Of a DNA stretch of 64,000 nt, positions 1 to 15,529 are shown one piece after another. The position numbers and the translations under genes are program-made. How positions within the stretch are numbered: the first letter of the stretch is position 1; the number at the start of each line of letters is the position of its first letter. The DNA comes from the human T2T-CHM13v2.0 reference genome, Homo sapiens: the NCBI RefSeq assembly GCF_009914755.1, contig NC_060947.1; one strand, 5' to 3'. The notes under the pieces are model-generated. The model was not told the origin of the DNA and made no database searches. It worked only from the letters and a program-made list of their open reading frames with translations.

Positions 1-3730
<3,730 letters not shown>

Positions 3731-3879
3731 GGTACATAAAGAATGTCAAAAAATCACACTGGGGCTATAACCATCTTTTCATATATGCAGTATGAACTTG
3801 ATGAATATGAGTTAGGTCAAGGTGTGATTATCAGGTATTTTTTAGGTTGCTTGACTTAGATTTATAAAGTACAAGATTC

Positions 3880-4480
3880 ATTACTTTACTCAATGAATGT
3901 TCATTGAGCATATAATATGTCAGACATTGTGCTAGGTAATGGGGATATGATGGTGATCAAAACAGCATAGCATAATACTTAAGAGTATGGACTCTAAGAC
4001 CAGACTTCCTAAATTTGAACCCTGGCTCTGGGAGTCATTAGTTTTGTGGGCTTGTCCAAGTTACTCTGCCTCTCTGGGACTCAGTTCCCTCCATATGAAT
4101 GACAATAATAATTCCTCATGAAATCACTATAAGAATTAAATGAGGTAATTGTAAACTACTGAAAAATTGCCTGACACATAGTAAAACTTGCATAAGTGTT
4201 TGTTAAACAATAAAGTCTTAGGCAATCTCTGCCTCCTAGGAACATAGAGTCTTGTGGGAGAGACTGACTTTAATTTGTTAAAAAAAGCTCACAAGCAAAT
4301 ATAAAATTCAAGTGTAGCATTCAAGTAATGCTACAAAGGAGATTTACATGGGACTATAAGAGTTTGTGTTACAGGGATTTGACCAGGGAAGGCATCTCTG
4401 AGGAAGTGATATTTGAGCTGAGGATAAGTAGGAGTGTATTAGGCAAAAACATGTTTGGGGAAGAAGCAGGAAGGATGACA
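3880..4480. repeat. Degraded L2 fragments with an interleaved MIR (about 3965-4210)
   Basis: MIR core-like CTCTGGGACTCAGTTCCCTCCAT; L2-like CATTGTGCTAGGT and GGAAGGCATCTCTGAGGAAGTGATATTTGAGCTGAG. Confidence 0.6.
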
Positions 4481-6344
4481 GTATTTCCTGTCTTCCTAAC
4501 TAAGCACTCTGTTTAATGATGGCATGGCCCAAGCTTCTGTCTTCTCCATCATACCCGGTAGACATGGGGAGGACCCACACTAAGTGTCCCAGGCAAATCT
4601 GATGATGTTTGTAGCAAGAAAGAGCTGCCATTCTGGAGGATTATTCTCCTCTTGCCTGGCTACTCCAAATCTGGGGAAAATCTTCACAAACCAACTGTAC
4701 AAAGAATGCTTTGGGGTACTAAAGCATTTGGTCTAGAAGGCAAGGCCACTGAAGAAGTCCAGCAGTTTGGATGATGAATGTAACTCTCCCTGTTAGCACT
4801 TTGGCTGTTGTATTGTTTCAAAGGCATTTGCTCCAGAGATTCAGCCTTGGGAATCAAAGGAACTGTGCTGAGAAGACACTGTGGGCTGAGGCTCCTCGTG
4901 CTTCTTCGTGGTGTTCAATTCCTAAGCTCACGATCCTCTGGAGGGGCATTCTTTACAAACCAAGGTCTCTATTTCATCACATGTGGCTAACGGATCGGAA
5001 TCATCAGCCACCTGCAACAATTTTATTTCCAGGGTTCTTTCTCTTGTCAACTACAGATCAGGAAACAAATGCATGAAAGTGGATATCTTTTTTCCTCTTT
5101 CAAAATAGAAGCAGGTGACATCATTCGCAGTAAGGAACTGCTGAAAACCTTAAACAATTCATTTCAGGGCACTTTCTGGGGAACATTTCCATCTGGTGTA
5201 GTGATGTGGACCAATCCAACCCACCCATTTTGTTTAGTGCACTGCTATATTTTAAAATGTTTCTTGTTCATTTTGAAAAACCAGATAAAAATTATAACAA
5301 TACTTTCTCTACGATAGAATTCTTTGTTTGCAATTCACTGAAAACCTGCCCAAGTAGTATTAACCAAACATAAGAGGAACTTACCGAACAATGTAACTCT
5401 ATAGTTTGGCAAAAACTGAAAATCTAGCCTTGGGTGAGCCTTATGCTGCTCATTCAGTCTCTTGCTCTCTTTCTCTATTTCTCGGCTCGACATCCTCAAT
5501 GAGGACTCCATTCTCAGGTCCACTCTCTCTTCTTGGTCTAAAAGAGGGACATGGCTGCTACTTCCAGGGGTACACACTACCCCATTCGTGTCAAAGAAAA
5601 GCATTTCCCCCCAGTATTCCCAAGCCAAAGTATTAAGATTCAGTCTGATTTCAACATTTTGGGTTATATGGCCACCCCCAACCAAACACTATGTCCAGGG
5701 GATGAAACGAGTGTCTGGCTTATACTAGTTTGTGTTCCATAAGTCCATTGGTCAACTGCTTCAAAACTACATGTATCCCCAAATGGGAATCAGGATTTTT
5801 GGGAAGGAAGAAAGTAGAAGTGAGTGATGGAAAGGCAAACAACAAATGTCCACTCTGTGCGACACAAATTGTTGCTTATATTAGGTAATTGTTTTAACTT
5901 TAAACTTGTCCAAACCCCTTCACACCCATTAGCACACTAGAGCCTTGCAACAACCCTAACAGGTAATCAATACTGGAAATATTGTTCCCACTTCATAGAT
6001 GAGGAAACTGAAGCCCAGATGAATCAAGTGAATTCAATAAAGCTGCACTGTTGCATAGTGTTAGAGAAAATTGACCCTTGGGTTGTAGAAATCTGATCCT
6101 CTAACACCAAATCCATATATTTATATGAATTATGTTCACTGTATCTTATTTTTTAATCCCATAACCCACTCCCATTCCCCTCCTTCCTACTCTCACAACC
6201 TTCCTAAGATATTAATATTTAACATGTAGTTTTTGTGTTAGATTATGTTCTTTCAAACTGTATATTGTTGTTTTGTGTGCATATCTTCTTAATCTATATA
6301 AGTAGTACGACCTTATATTGCTCTTTCTGTTTCTCAGTTTTTTT

Positions 6345-9300
6345 CCTTTTTAAAAAATTTTTAGGTAACTTTAAGTTCTGGGATACATGTGCAAAATGTA
6401 CAGGTTTGTTACATAGGTATACGCATGTCATGGTGGTTTGCTGCACCTATCAACCTTTCATTTAGGTTTTTAGCCCTGCAGGCATTAGCTATTTGTCCTG
6501 ATGCTCTCCCTTCCCTCCCCCCACCAACAGGCCCTGGTGTGTGTTGTTCCCCTCCCTGTGTCCATGTGTTCTCATTGTTCAACTCCCACTTATGAGTGAG
6601 AACATGCAGTATTTAGTTTTCTTTTCCTGTGTTAGCTTGCTGAGGATGATGGCTTCCAGTTTCATCCATGTCCCTTGCAAAGGACATGATCTCATTCCTT
6701 TTTATGGGTGTGTAGTATTCAATAGTGTATACATACCACATATTCTTTATCCAGTCTATCATTAATGGGCATTTGGGTTGGTTCCATGTCTTTGCTATTG
6801 TAAATAGTGCTGCCAAAAACATATGTGAGCATGTATCTTTATAGTAGAATGATTTATATTCCTTTGGGTATATACCCATTAGTGGGATTGCTGGGTCAAA
6901 TGCTATTTCTGGTTCTAGACCCTTGAGAAATCACCACACTCTCTTCAACAATGATTGAACTAGTTTATATTCCCACCAGCAGTGTAAAAGCGTTTCTACT
7001 TCTCCACAGCCTCAGCAGCATCTGTTGTTTCTTGAATTTTTAATAATTGCCATTCTGCCTGGTGTGAGATGGTATCTCATTGTGGTTTTGATTTGCATTT
7101 CTCTAACGATCAGTGATATTGAGCTTTTTTCATATGTTTTTTGGCAATATAAATGTCTTCTTTTGAGACATGTCTGTTCATGTCCTTTGCCCACTTTTTG
7201 ATGGGGTTGTTTGCTTTTTGTTTTGTAAATTTGTTTAAGCTCCTTGTAGATTCTGGATATTAGACCTTTGTCAGACAGGTAGATTGAAAACATTTTCTCC
7301 ACTCTGTAGATTACCTGTTCACTCTGATGATAGTTTCTTACACTGTGCAGAAGCTCTTTAGTTTAATTAGATCTCATTTGTCTATTTTACCTTTTGTTGC
7401 AGTTGCTTTTGGCGATTTCATCATGAAGTCTTTGCCCATGCCTATGTCCTGATGGTATTGCCTAGGTTTTCTTCCAGAGTTTTTATGGTTTTGCATTTTA
7501 CATATAAGTATTTAATCCATCTTGAGTTAATTTTTGTATAAGGCATAAGGAAGGAGTCCAGTTTCAGTTTTCTGCACATGGCTAGCCAGTTTTCCCAGCA
7601 TTGTTTACTGAATAGGAGATCCTTTCCCTTTTGCTTGATTTTGTCAGGTTTGTCAAAGATCAGATGGTTCTACATGTGTGGTGTTATTTCTGAGGTCTCT
7701 GTTCTGTTCCATTGGTCTGTATGTCTGTTTTGGTACCAGTACCATGCTGTTTTAGTTACTGTAGCCTGGTAGTATAGTTTGAAGTCAGGTAGCGTGATAC
7801 CTCCAGCTTTGTTCTTTTTGCTTAGGATTGTCTTAGCTATATGGGCTCTTTTTTGATTCATATGAAATTTAAAGTATTTTTTTCTAATTCTGTGATGAAT
7901 GTCCATGGTAGTTTGATAGGAATACCACTGAATCTATAAATTACTTTGGGCAGTATGGCCATTTTCACAATATTGATTCTTCCTATCCACGGTTATGGAA
8001 TGTTTTTCCATTTCTTTGTATCCTCTCTTATTTCCTTGAGCAGTGGTTTGTAGTTCTCCTTGAAGAGGTCCTTCATATGTCTTGTTAGCTGTATTCCTAG
8101 GTATTGTATTCTCTTCATAGCAATTGTGAAAGGGAGTTCATTCATGATTTGGCACTCTGCTTGTCTATTTTTGGTGTACAGGAATGCTTGAGATTTCTGC
8201 ATGTTGATTTTGTATCCTGAGACTTTACTGAAGTTGTTTATCAGCTTAAGAAATTTGGGGACTGAGAAAATGGGGTTTTGTAAATATAGAATCATGTTGT
8301 CTGCAATCAGAGATGATTTGACTTTCTCTTTTCCTATCTGAACACCCTTTATATCTTTCTCTTTCCTGGCTGCCCTGGCCAGAACTTCCAATATTATGTC
8401 AAATAGTAGTGATAAGAGAGGGTATCCTTGTCATGCACTGGTTTTCAAAGGGAAAGCTTCTAGCTTTTGCCCATTCAATATGATATTGTCTATGTTGTGT
8501 CATAAATAGCTCTGTTATTTTGAGATATGTTCCATCAATACCTAGTTTATTGAGAGTTTTTAACATGAAGGGATGTTGAGTTTTATTGAAGGCTTTTTCT
8601 GCATTTATTGAGATAAGCATGTGTTTTTGTCAGTGGTTCTGTTTAAGTGATGGATTACATTTATTGACTTGCATATGTTGAACCAGCCTTGTATCTCAGG
8701 GATGGAACCGACTTAATCGTGGTGGATAAGCTTTTTGATGTGCTGCTGGATTCGCTTTGCCAGTATTTTATTGAGGATTTTTGCATCAATGTTCATCAGG
8801 GATATTATCCTGAAGTTTTCCTTTTTTGTTTTGTCACCTCCCAGTTTTGGTATCAAGATGTCTGGTCCTTGGCTTTTTTTGGTTGGTACGCTATTAATTA
8901 ATGCCTCAATTTCATAACTTGTTATTGGTCTATTCAGGGACTGAACTTCTTTCTGGTTTAGTCTTGGGAGGGTGTATGTGTCCAGGAATTTATCCATTTC
9001 TTCTAGATTTTCTAGTTTATTTGCGTAGAGGTGTTCATAGTGTTCTCTGATAGTAGTTTGTATTTCTGTGGGGTCAGTGGTGATCTCCCCTTTATCATTT
9101 TTTATTGTGTCTATTTGATTCTTCTCTCTTATTAGTCTAGTTAGCGGTCTATTTTGTTAGTGTTTTCAAGAAACTAGCTACTGGATTCACTGATTTTTTG
9201 AAGGGTTTTTCATTTCATTATCTCCTTCAGTTCTGCACTGACCTTAGTTATTTCTTCTTTTCTGCTAGCTTTTGGGTTTGTTTGCTCTTGCTTTTCTAGC

Positions 9301-12300
9301 TCTTTTAATTGTGATATTAGGGTGTTGATTTAAGATCTTTCTAGCTTTCTGATATGGACATTTAGTGCTATAAATTTCCCTCTTAACACTGCTTTAGCTG
9401 TGTCCAAGAGATTCTGGTACATTGTCTCTTTGTTCTCATTGGTTTCAAAGAACTTCTTGATTTCTGCCTTAATTTCATTATTTACCCAAGAGTCATTCAG
9501 GAATGGGTTGTTCAATTTCCATGTAGTTGTGTGGTTTTGAGTGAATTTCTTAATCCTGAGTTCTAATTTGATTGCGCTATGGTCTGAGAGACTGTTGATT
9601 TCAGTTCTTTTGCATTTGCTGAGGGGTGTTTTACTTCCATTTATGTGGTCAATTTTACAATAAGGGCTATGTGGCACTGAGAAGAATGTATATTCTGTTG
9701 ATTTGGGGTGGAGAGTTCTTTTTATTTTTATTAAAAAGTAAACTTTAATATCAAAAATGCAAACTTGGGGAAGACAAAAGATCACACACAAGGCTGTCAC
9801 TTCACACTTGGAAGGTTGCACAGCGGCTGGGCAGAGGCGCTCCTCACATCCCAGATGGCGAAGCAGCTGGGCAGAGGCACTCCTCACTTCCCAGGCAGGG
9901 CAGGTTGCGCAGAGGCGCTCCTCACTTTCCAGACAGTGGGCAGCTGGGCAGAGGCGCTCCTCACTTCCCAGATGGGGTGGCAGCCGGTCAGAGATGCTCC
10001 TCAATTCCCAGACAGGGTGGAAGCTGGGCAGAGGTGCTCCTCACTTCCCAGACAGTGGGAAGCTGGGCAGCAGGGCAGCAGAGTTCCTCACATCCCAGAT
10101 GGTGGGGCGGCCGGGCAGAGGCGCTCCTCACTTCCCAGACGGGGCATCCAGGCAGAGGCGCTCCTCACTTCCCAGATGGTTGGCAGCTGGGCAGAGGTGC
10201 TCTTCAATTCCCAGAGGGTGTGGCGGGCGGGCACAGGCGCTCCTCACTCCCCAGTCAGCTGGGCGGCTGGGCAGAGGTGCTCCTCACTTCCCAGAAGAGG
10301 TGGCTGGGCAGAGACACTACTCACTTCGCAGTCAGTTGGGTGGCGGGGCAGAGGCGCTCCTCACTTCCCAGATGGGGTGGTGGCTGGGCAGAGATGCTCT
10401 TCACTTGCTAGATGGGGCAGTGGCCGGGCAGAGGCTCTCCTCACTTCCCAGACACTGGGCAGCTGGGCAGAGGCGCTTCTCACTTCCTGCACGGTGGGCA
10501 GCTGGGCAGAGATGCTCCTCACATCCCAGATGGGGCGGCGGCGGGCAGAGGCCCTCCTCACATTCCAGATGGGGCGGCCGCCGGGAAGAGGGGCACCTCA
10601 CTTCCTAGATGGGGTGGCAGCCCGGCAGAGGCACTACTCACTTCCCAGACGGGGCTGCAGCTGGGCAGAAACGCTCCTCACTTCCCAGATGGTGGGGCGG
10701 CTGGGCAGAGGTTCTTCTCACTTCCCAGACAGTGTGGGGGGGAGGGGAAGGGCAGAGGCGCTCCCTCACATCCCAGATGGTGGGGCGGCTGGGCAGAGGC
10801 ACTCCTCTCTTCAATTTGGGGTGGAGAGTTCTGTAGATGTCTATTAGGTCCCCTTGGCCCAGAGCTGAGTTCAAGTCCTGAATATCCTTGTTAATTTTCC
10901 ATCTCATTGATCCGTCTAATATTGAGAGTAGGGTGTTACAGTCTCCCACTATTATTGTGTGGGAGTCTAAGTCTCTCTGTAGGTCTCTAAGAACTTGTTT
11001 TTATGAATCTGGGTGCTCCTATATTGGGTGCATATATATTTATGATAGTTAGCTCTTCTTGTTGAATTGATATCTTTAGCATTATGTAATGCCCTTCTTT
11101 GTCTTTTTTTTATCTTTATTGGTTTAAACTCTGTTTTATCAGAGACTAGGATTGCAACCTCTGCATTTTTTTTTTCACTTTCCATTTGCTTGGTAAATTT
11201 TTTTCTCCATCCCTTTATTTTGAGCCTATGTGTTTCTTTGCACATGAGATGGGACTCCTGAATACAGCACACCAATGGGTCTTCACTCTTTATCCAATTT
11301 GCCAGTCTGTGTCTTTTAATTGGGACATTTAGCCCATTTATATTTAAGGTTCATGTTATGTGGAATTTGATCCCATCATCCTGATGCTAGCTGGTTATTT
11401 TGCACACTAGTTGATGCAGTTTCTTCATAGTGTCATTGGTCTTTATATTTTGGTGTGTTTTTGCAGTGGCTGGTACCAGGTTTTCCTTTCCATATTTAGT
11501 GATTCCTTCAGGAGCTCTTGCCAGGTAGGCCTGGTGGTGACAAAATCCCTCAGCATTTGCTTGTCTGTAAAGGATTTTATTTCTCCTTCATTTATGAAGC
11601 TTAGTTTGGCTGGTTATGAAATTCCAGGTTGAAAATTCTTTTCTTTAAGAATGTTGAATATTGGCCCCCACTCTCTTCTGGCTTATAGGGTTTTTGATGA
11701 GAGGTCCACTGTTAGTCTGATGGGATTCCCTTTGTAAATGACTTGGCCTTTCTCTCTGGCTGCCCTTAACATTTTTTCCTTCATTTCAACTTGGAGAATC
11801 TGATAATTATGTTTCTTTGGGTTGATCTTCTCACGGAGTATCTTAGTGGTGTTCTCTGTATTTCTTGAATTTGAATGTTGGTCTGTCTTGCTAGGTTGGG
11901 GAAGTTCTCCTGGATAATATCCTGAAGTGTGATTTCCAACTTGGTTCCATTCTCCCTGTCTCTTTCAGGTACTCCAATCAATCATAAGTTTGGTGTTTTT
12001 ACACTGTCCCATATTTCTCAGAGTTTTAGTTCATTCCTTTTCATTCTTTTTTCTCTAATCTTGTCTGAATGCCTTATTTCAGCAAGATGGTCTTGAAACT
12101 CCAATTTTCTTCCGCTTGGTCAGTTTGGCTATTGATATTTGTGTATGCTTCACGAAGTTCTCATGCTGTGTTTTTCAGCTCCATCAAGCCATTTATGTTT
12201 CCCTCTAAACTGGTTAATCTAGTTAGCAGCTCCTATAACCTTTTATCAAGGTTCTGAGCTTCTTTGCATTGGATTAGAACATGCTCCTTTAGCTCAGTGG

Positions 12301-13775
12301 AGTTTGTTATTACACACCTTCTGAAGCCTACTTCTTTCAATTCATCCATCTCACCCTCCATCCAGTTCTGCGTGATTATTTGGAGAAGAGGCACTCTGGT
12401 CTTTTGGGTTTTCAGCATTTTTTCGTTTATTCTTTCTCATCTTCATGAGTTTGTCTAGTTTTGATCTTTGAGGCTGTTGACCCTTGGTTGGGATTTTTGT
12501 GGGGACTTTTTTTGTTTATGCTGTTGTTGCTTTCTGCTTGTTTGTTTGTTCGTTTTTCTTTAAATGGTCAGGTCCCTCTTCTGTAGGGCTGCTGCAGTTT
12601 GCTGGGGGTTCACTTCAGGCCTTCTTCATCTGGTTCGCTGTCATGCCTGAAGATGCCATTTGAGGAGGCTGGAGAACAGCAAAGATGGGTGCCTTCTCCT
12701 TCCTCCGGGATCTCTGACCTTGAGGGGCACCAACCTGATGCCAGTAGGAACACCACTGTATAGGGTGTCTGACAGCTCCTGTTGAAGGATCTCCCCCAAT
12801 TGAATGGCACTGGGTGCAGGACCCATTTAATGAAGCACTTTGACTATCTCATGGTGCAGGGGGTGTGCCATGTTAGGGGGAAACCCACTAGTCTGGGCTG
12901 CCCAGATTCCTCAGAACTAGCAGGAGGAAAGACTAAGTCTGCTGGTCTGTGGAGACTATGGCCATCCTCTCCCCCTAGGGTCTCAGGCCCAGGGAGATCA
13001 GAGTTCTGTCCCTAAGCCCCTAGCTGGAGTTGTTGGAGTTCCTGCAGGGAGGCCCCACCCAGTGAGGAAGGATGAGTCAGGGTCAGGCCTGAGGAAGCAT
13101 TCTGGTGGCAATCTGCCACAGCCAGTGTGTTGGGCTGCAGGGAATATCTCTTGGGACCAAGCAGTCCAGCCTCCTTGGCTTTTGCAGGGGAAAAGCACGG
13201 CCTGGAGCCATAGAGATGGCTGCCACCCTTCCCCTGCCCTGGAAGCTTAGTGTGTTAGGCAGCTAGCAGTCCCAGCGTTGGCTGCCAACCCTCCCCCAAG
13301 GAGCTCAGATGGTTTAGACAGCAGGCAGCCACAGCTGTGGTGATGCTGCCCCCCACCAAGGAACTCAGCAGGCTTAGGCAGATTGTAGCTGAGTGGCTGT
13401 TGAGAATCTGCGCAGCTCCATGGTTGGGACCCTAGGCCCTGGTGGCATGCGCTCACGAGTGGGATCTTCTGATCTGTGGGTTGCACAGTTCTGTGGAAAA
13501 AGCACGGTTTCCCAGACTGGGTAGCATGCTCTCTCACCGCCTCCCTTGGCGGGGGACTGGGGGCTCCCCTGCCCCGTGTGGCTCTCAGGTGGGCTGCCAC
13601 ACCACACTGGTCTTCTTTCCTCTCTGTGGGTCACACGAGCCACCTAGTCAGGCCTGATGACAGAACCTGGATACCTAGGTTGCCAGTGGGGAATTTGCAC
13701 ACTGTTTCGGTTCTTTTCAATGGGAGCCTACAATCGCTGCTTCTTCTAGTTGGCCATCTTGGCCCCGCACCTCCA
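6345..13775 (-). mobile_element. Full-length LINE-1 (L1PA7/8-like), degenerate, interrupted by an SVA2-type element
   Basis: 3'UTR at about 6360-6600; minus-strand ORF2 and ORF1 fragments in the ORF track; 5'UTR start GGGGCCAAGATGGCC (YY1 site) near 13751-13766; internal deletion near 8860. Splits an older L1M fragment. Confidence 0.95.
9720..10813 (-). mobile_element. SVA2-type retrotransposon (VNTR + short unique 3' end + A-tail; no hexamer, Alu-like or SINE-R domain)
   Basis: Roughly 25 units of a 37-42 bp GC-rich repeat (GGGCAGAGGCGCTCCTCACTTCCCAGA...), about 90 bp unique 3' sequence with ATTAAA and an A-rich tail on the minus strand. Perfect 19-bp TSD ATTTGGGGTGGAGAGTTCT at 9701-9719 and 10814-10832. 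Confidence 0.85.
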
Positions 13776-14194
13776 CCCCCCAACCCCCATTTGTTAGTTT
13801 TTTCATTCAACATCATGTTTCTACATCAATCCATGTTGCTGTGCATACACTTAATCTGTTATTATAAGCATTGCATAATACTTCATGGCATGCCTCTACC
13901 ACATTTTACCTATCCACTGGCTCAGTCAAGTGCTCCCCACTGGGATTCTGCTACCTTCGGCCACCACAAATAGCACTCTCATGAACATCCTCACACATGT
14001 CTCCCCATGGTCTTATGTGAGGATTTTCCTGGATAATATACTCAAGAGCAGCATTGTTGGGTCATAGGATATATGTATATTAATATTTTAATGTGACTAC
14101 ATTAGTTATATGACCCTCAAGCCAGTGCAGCCTTTCTTGGCCACTGTTTCTTCAATTGCAACTCCCATGTAACATTTAAAATTCCCCCTTTCTT

Positions 14195-14490
14195 TTATAT
14201 AGGCATACTATTTTTTAGCTTTTATACCACATTTTTACTCTGCCTTTTCTATGTTTAGCTACACAAATACTTACAACTTTGTTACAGTTACCTACAGTAT
14301 TCAATATGACGATATGCTGTACAGGTTTGTAGCCTAGGAGTAATAGTTTATACCATAGAGCTTAGGTGTGTAGTAGGATATACCATCCAGGGTTGTGTAA
14401 GTACACTCTATGATGTTCACAGAAAAACTAAATCACCTAATGACACATTTCTCTGAACATATCCCTGTCATTAAGTGATGCATGACTGTA
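14195..14490. mobile_element. Tigger3-family (TcMar) DNA transposon fragment
   Basis: GCTGTACAGGTTTGTAGCCTAGGAG...GTAAGTACACTCTATGATGTTC...TAAGTGATGCATGACTG followed by TA. Confidence 0.8.
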
Positions 14491-14599
14491 TGACTGTGTA
14501 TTTTATATGTATATAGGTGTTTAAAGCATTAATGTTTATAAAACTGCTTTACAACCAACAACACAAATGAACAAAAATCCCAAAAGAAATATGATCAGA

Positions 14600-15190
14600 C
14601 ATGATTTTAGAAAGATTGCTCTGGATATTCCATGAAAATGCCTTATAAAGAGACAAGATGACTTAGGAAGCTACTGCAGGAGTTCTGATGAGAGAAAATG
14701 GTGGATTGGACTAGGGAGGTGGCAATGAGGATGGAGAGAAGTGAATGAATTAAGAAAAAGAAGATTTACAAAATAGAATTCACAGACTTGATGAGAGGAT
14801 TGGCTGTGGGGAATGAAGGAGAGGAGGGCATCAATAATAACTCCAAGGTTTCTGCCTTGGATAGAATATCTGTGTCATTCACTAAGATGAGAAGCACAGG
14901 AGAAGCAAGTTGGGAAGAGCTGATGTGATATGCTCAATTTTGAACATGTTGATTGCCACATGCCTATGAGATAACCAAATAGGAAGGGATGTCAGAATAG
15001 AGGCCGGGGCTCAAGAAGTCCCAGTTTTACTGCTTAGTGACTATGATAACCTGGACAAGTCATATTGAGAACTGGAGCCTCAGTTTCCTCATCTGTAAAA
15101 TGGAGTAACAAAACATTCATCTTTATTAGTGTTATTAAAGTTATCAAATGTAAAAGTTTATGTGAGAAGGTGCTTTGTAAATTCTAAAAT
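14600..15190. repeat. L2 fragment followed by MIR (about 15010-15190)
   Basis: L2-like TTTTAGAAAGATTGCTCTGG and ACTCCAAGGTTTCTG; MIR core GAGCCTCAGTTTCCTCATCTGTAAAATGG. Confidence 0.7.
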
Positions 15191-15529
15191 CCATATAAGT
15201 GGTAATAATAAATATTTTCAAGGGGTATGAAATGGATGTGGGGAGAAAGGGAGATTTTCCAGGGACATTCAGGAATTCTTTGGCCTGCAGAGAGACTACA
15301 AAGCTCTGTCTGATTCATGGTGGCATCATCAGGCACATTCCAATCTCTGGGAAACTTATTCCTACAAAGAAATTATTTCCAGTGACTTGGTGTCATGGCA
15401 ATTTAGCTGACTTGGGCCAGGATTGGAAGAATTGGAGGGAGGCTTCTAAATCCTGGCAGCAGGAAATTGGGATGAGGCCAATGCAAATGTGGCAGGCTGG
15501 GAAACATTTTTGCAGACAGAAAGCATTTT

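Noticed and set aside
9330-10004. 224-aa minus-strand ORF fusing VNTR sequence to L1 endonuclease sequence
   Set aside because: Chance in-frame read-through across the SVA2 3' junction; no promoter or start-context evidence.
9757-10894. Overlapping 160-360 aa ORFs in all three plus frames, and a CRISPR-like regular repeat pattern
   Set aside because: These come from the stop-poor GC-rich SVA-type VNTR. The units are contiguous degenerate tandem copies without unique spacers, there are no cas genes, and the DNA is primate.
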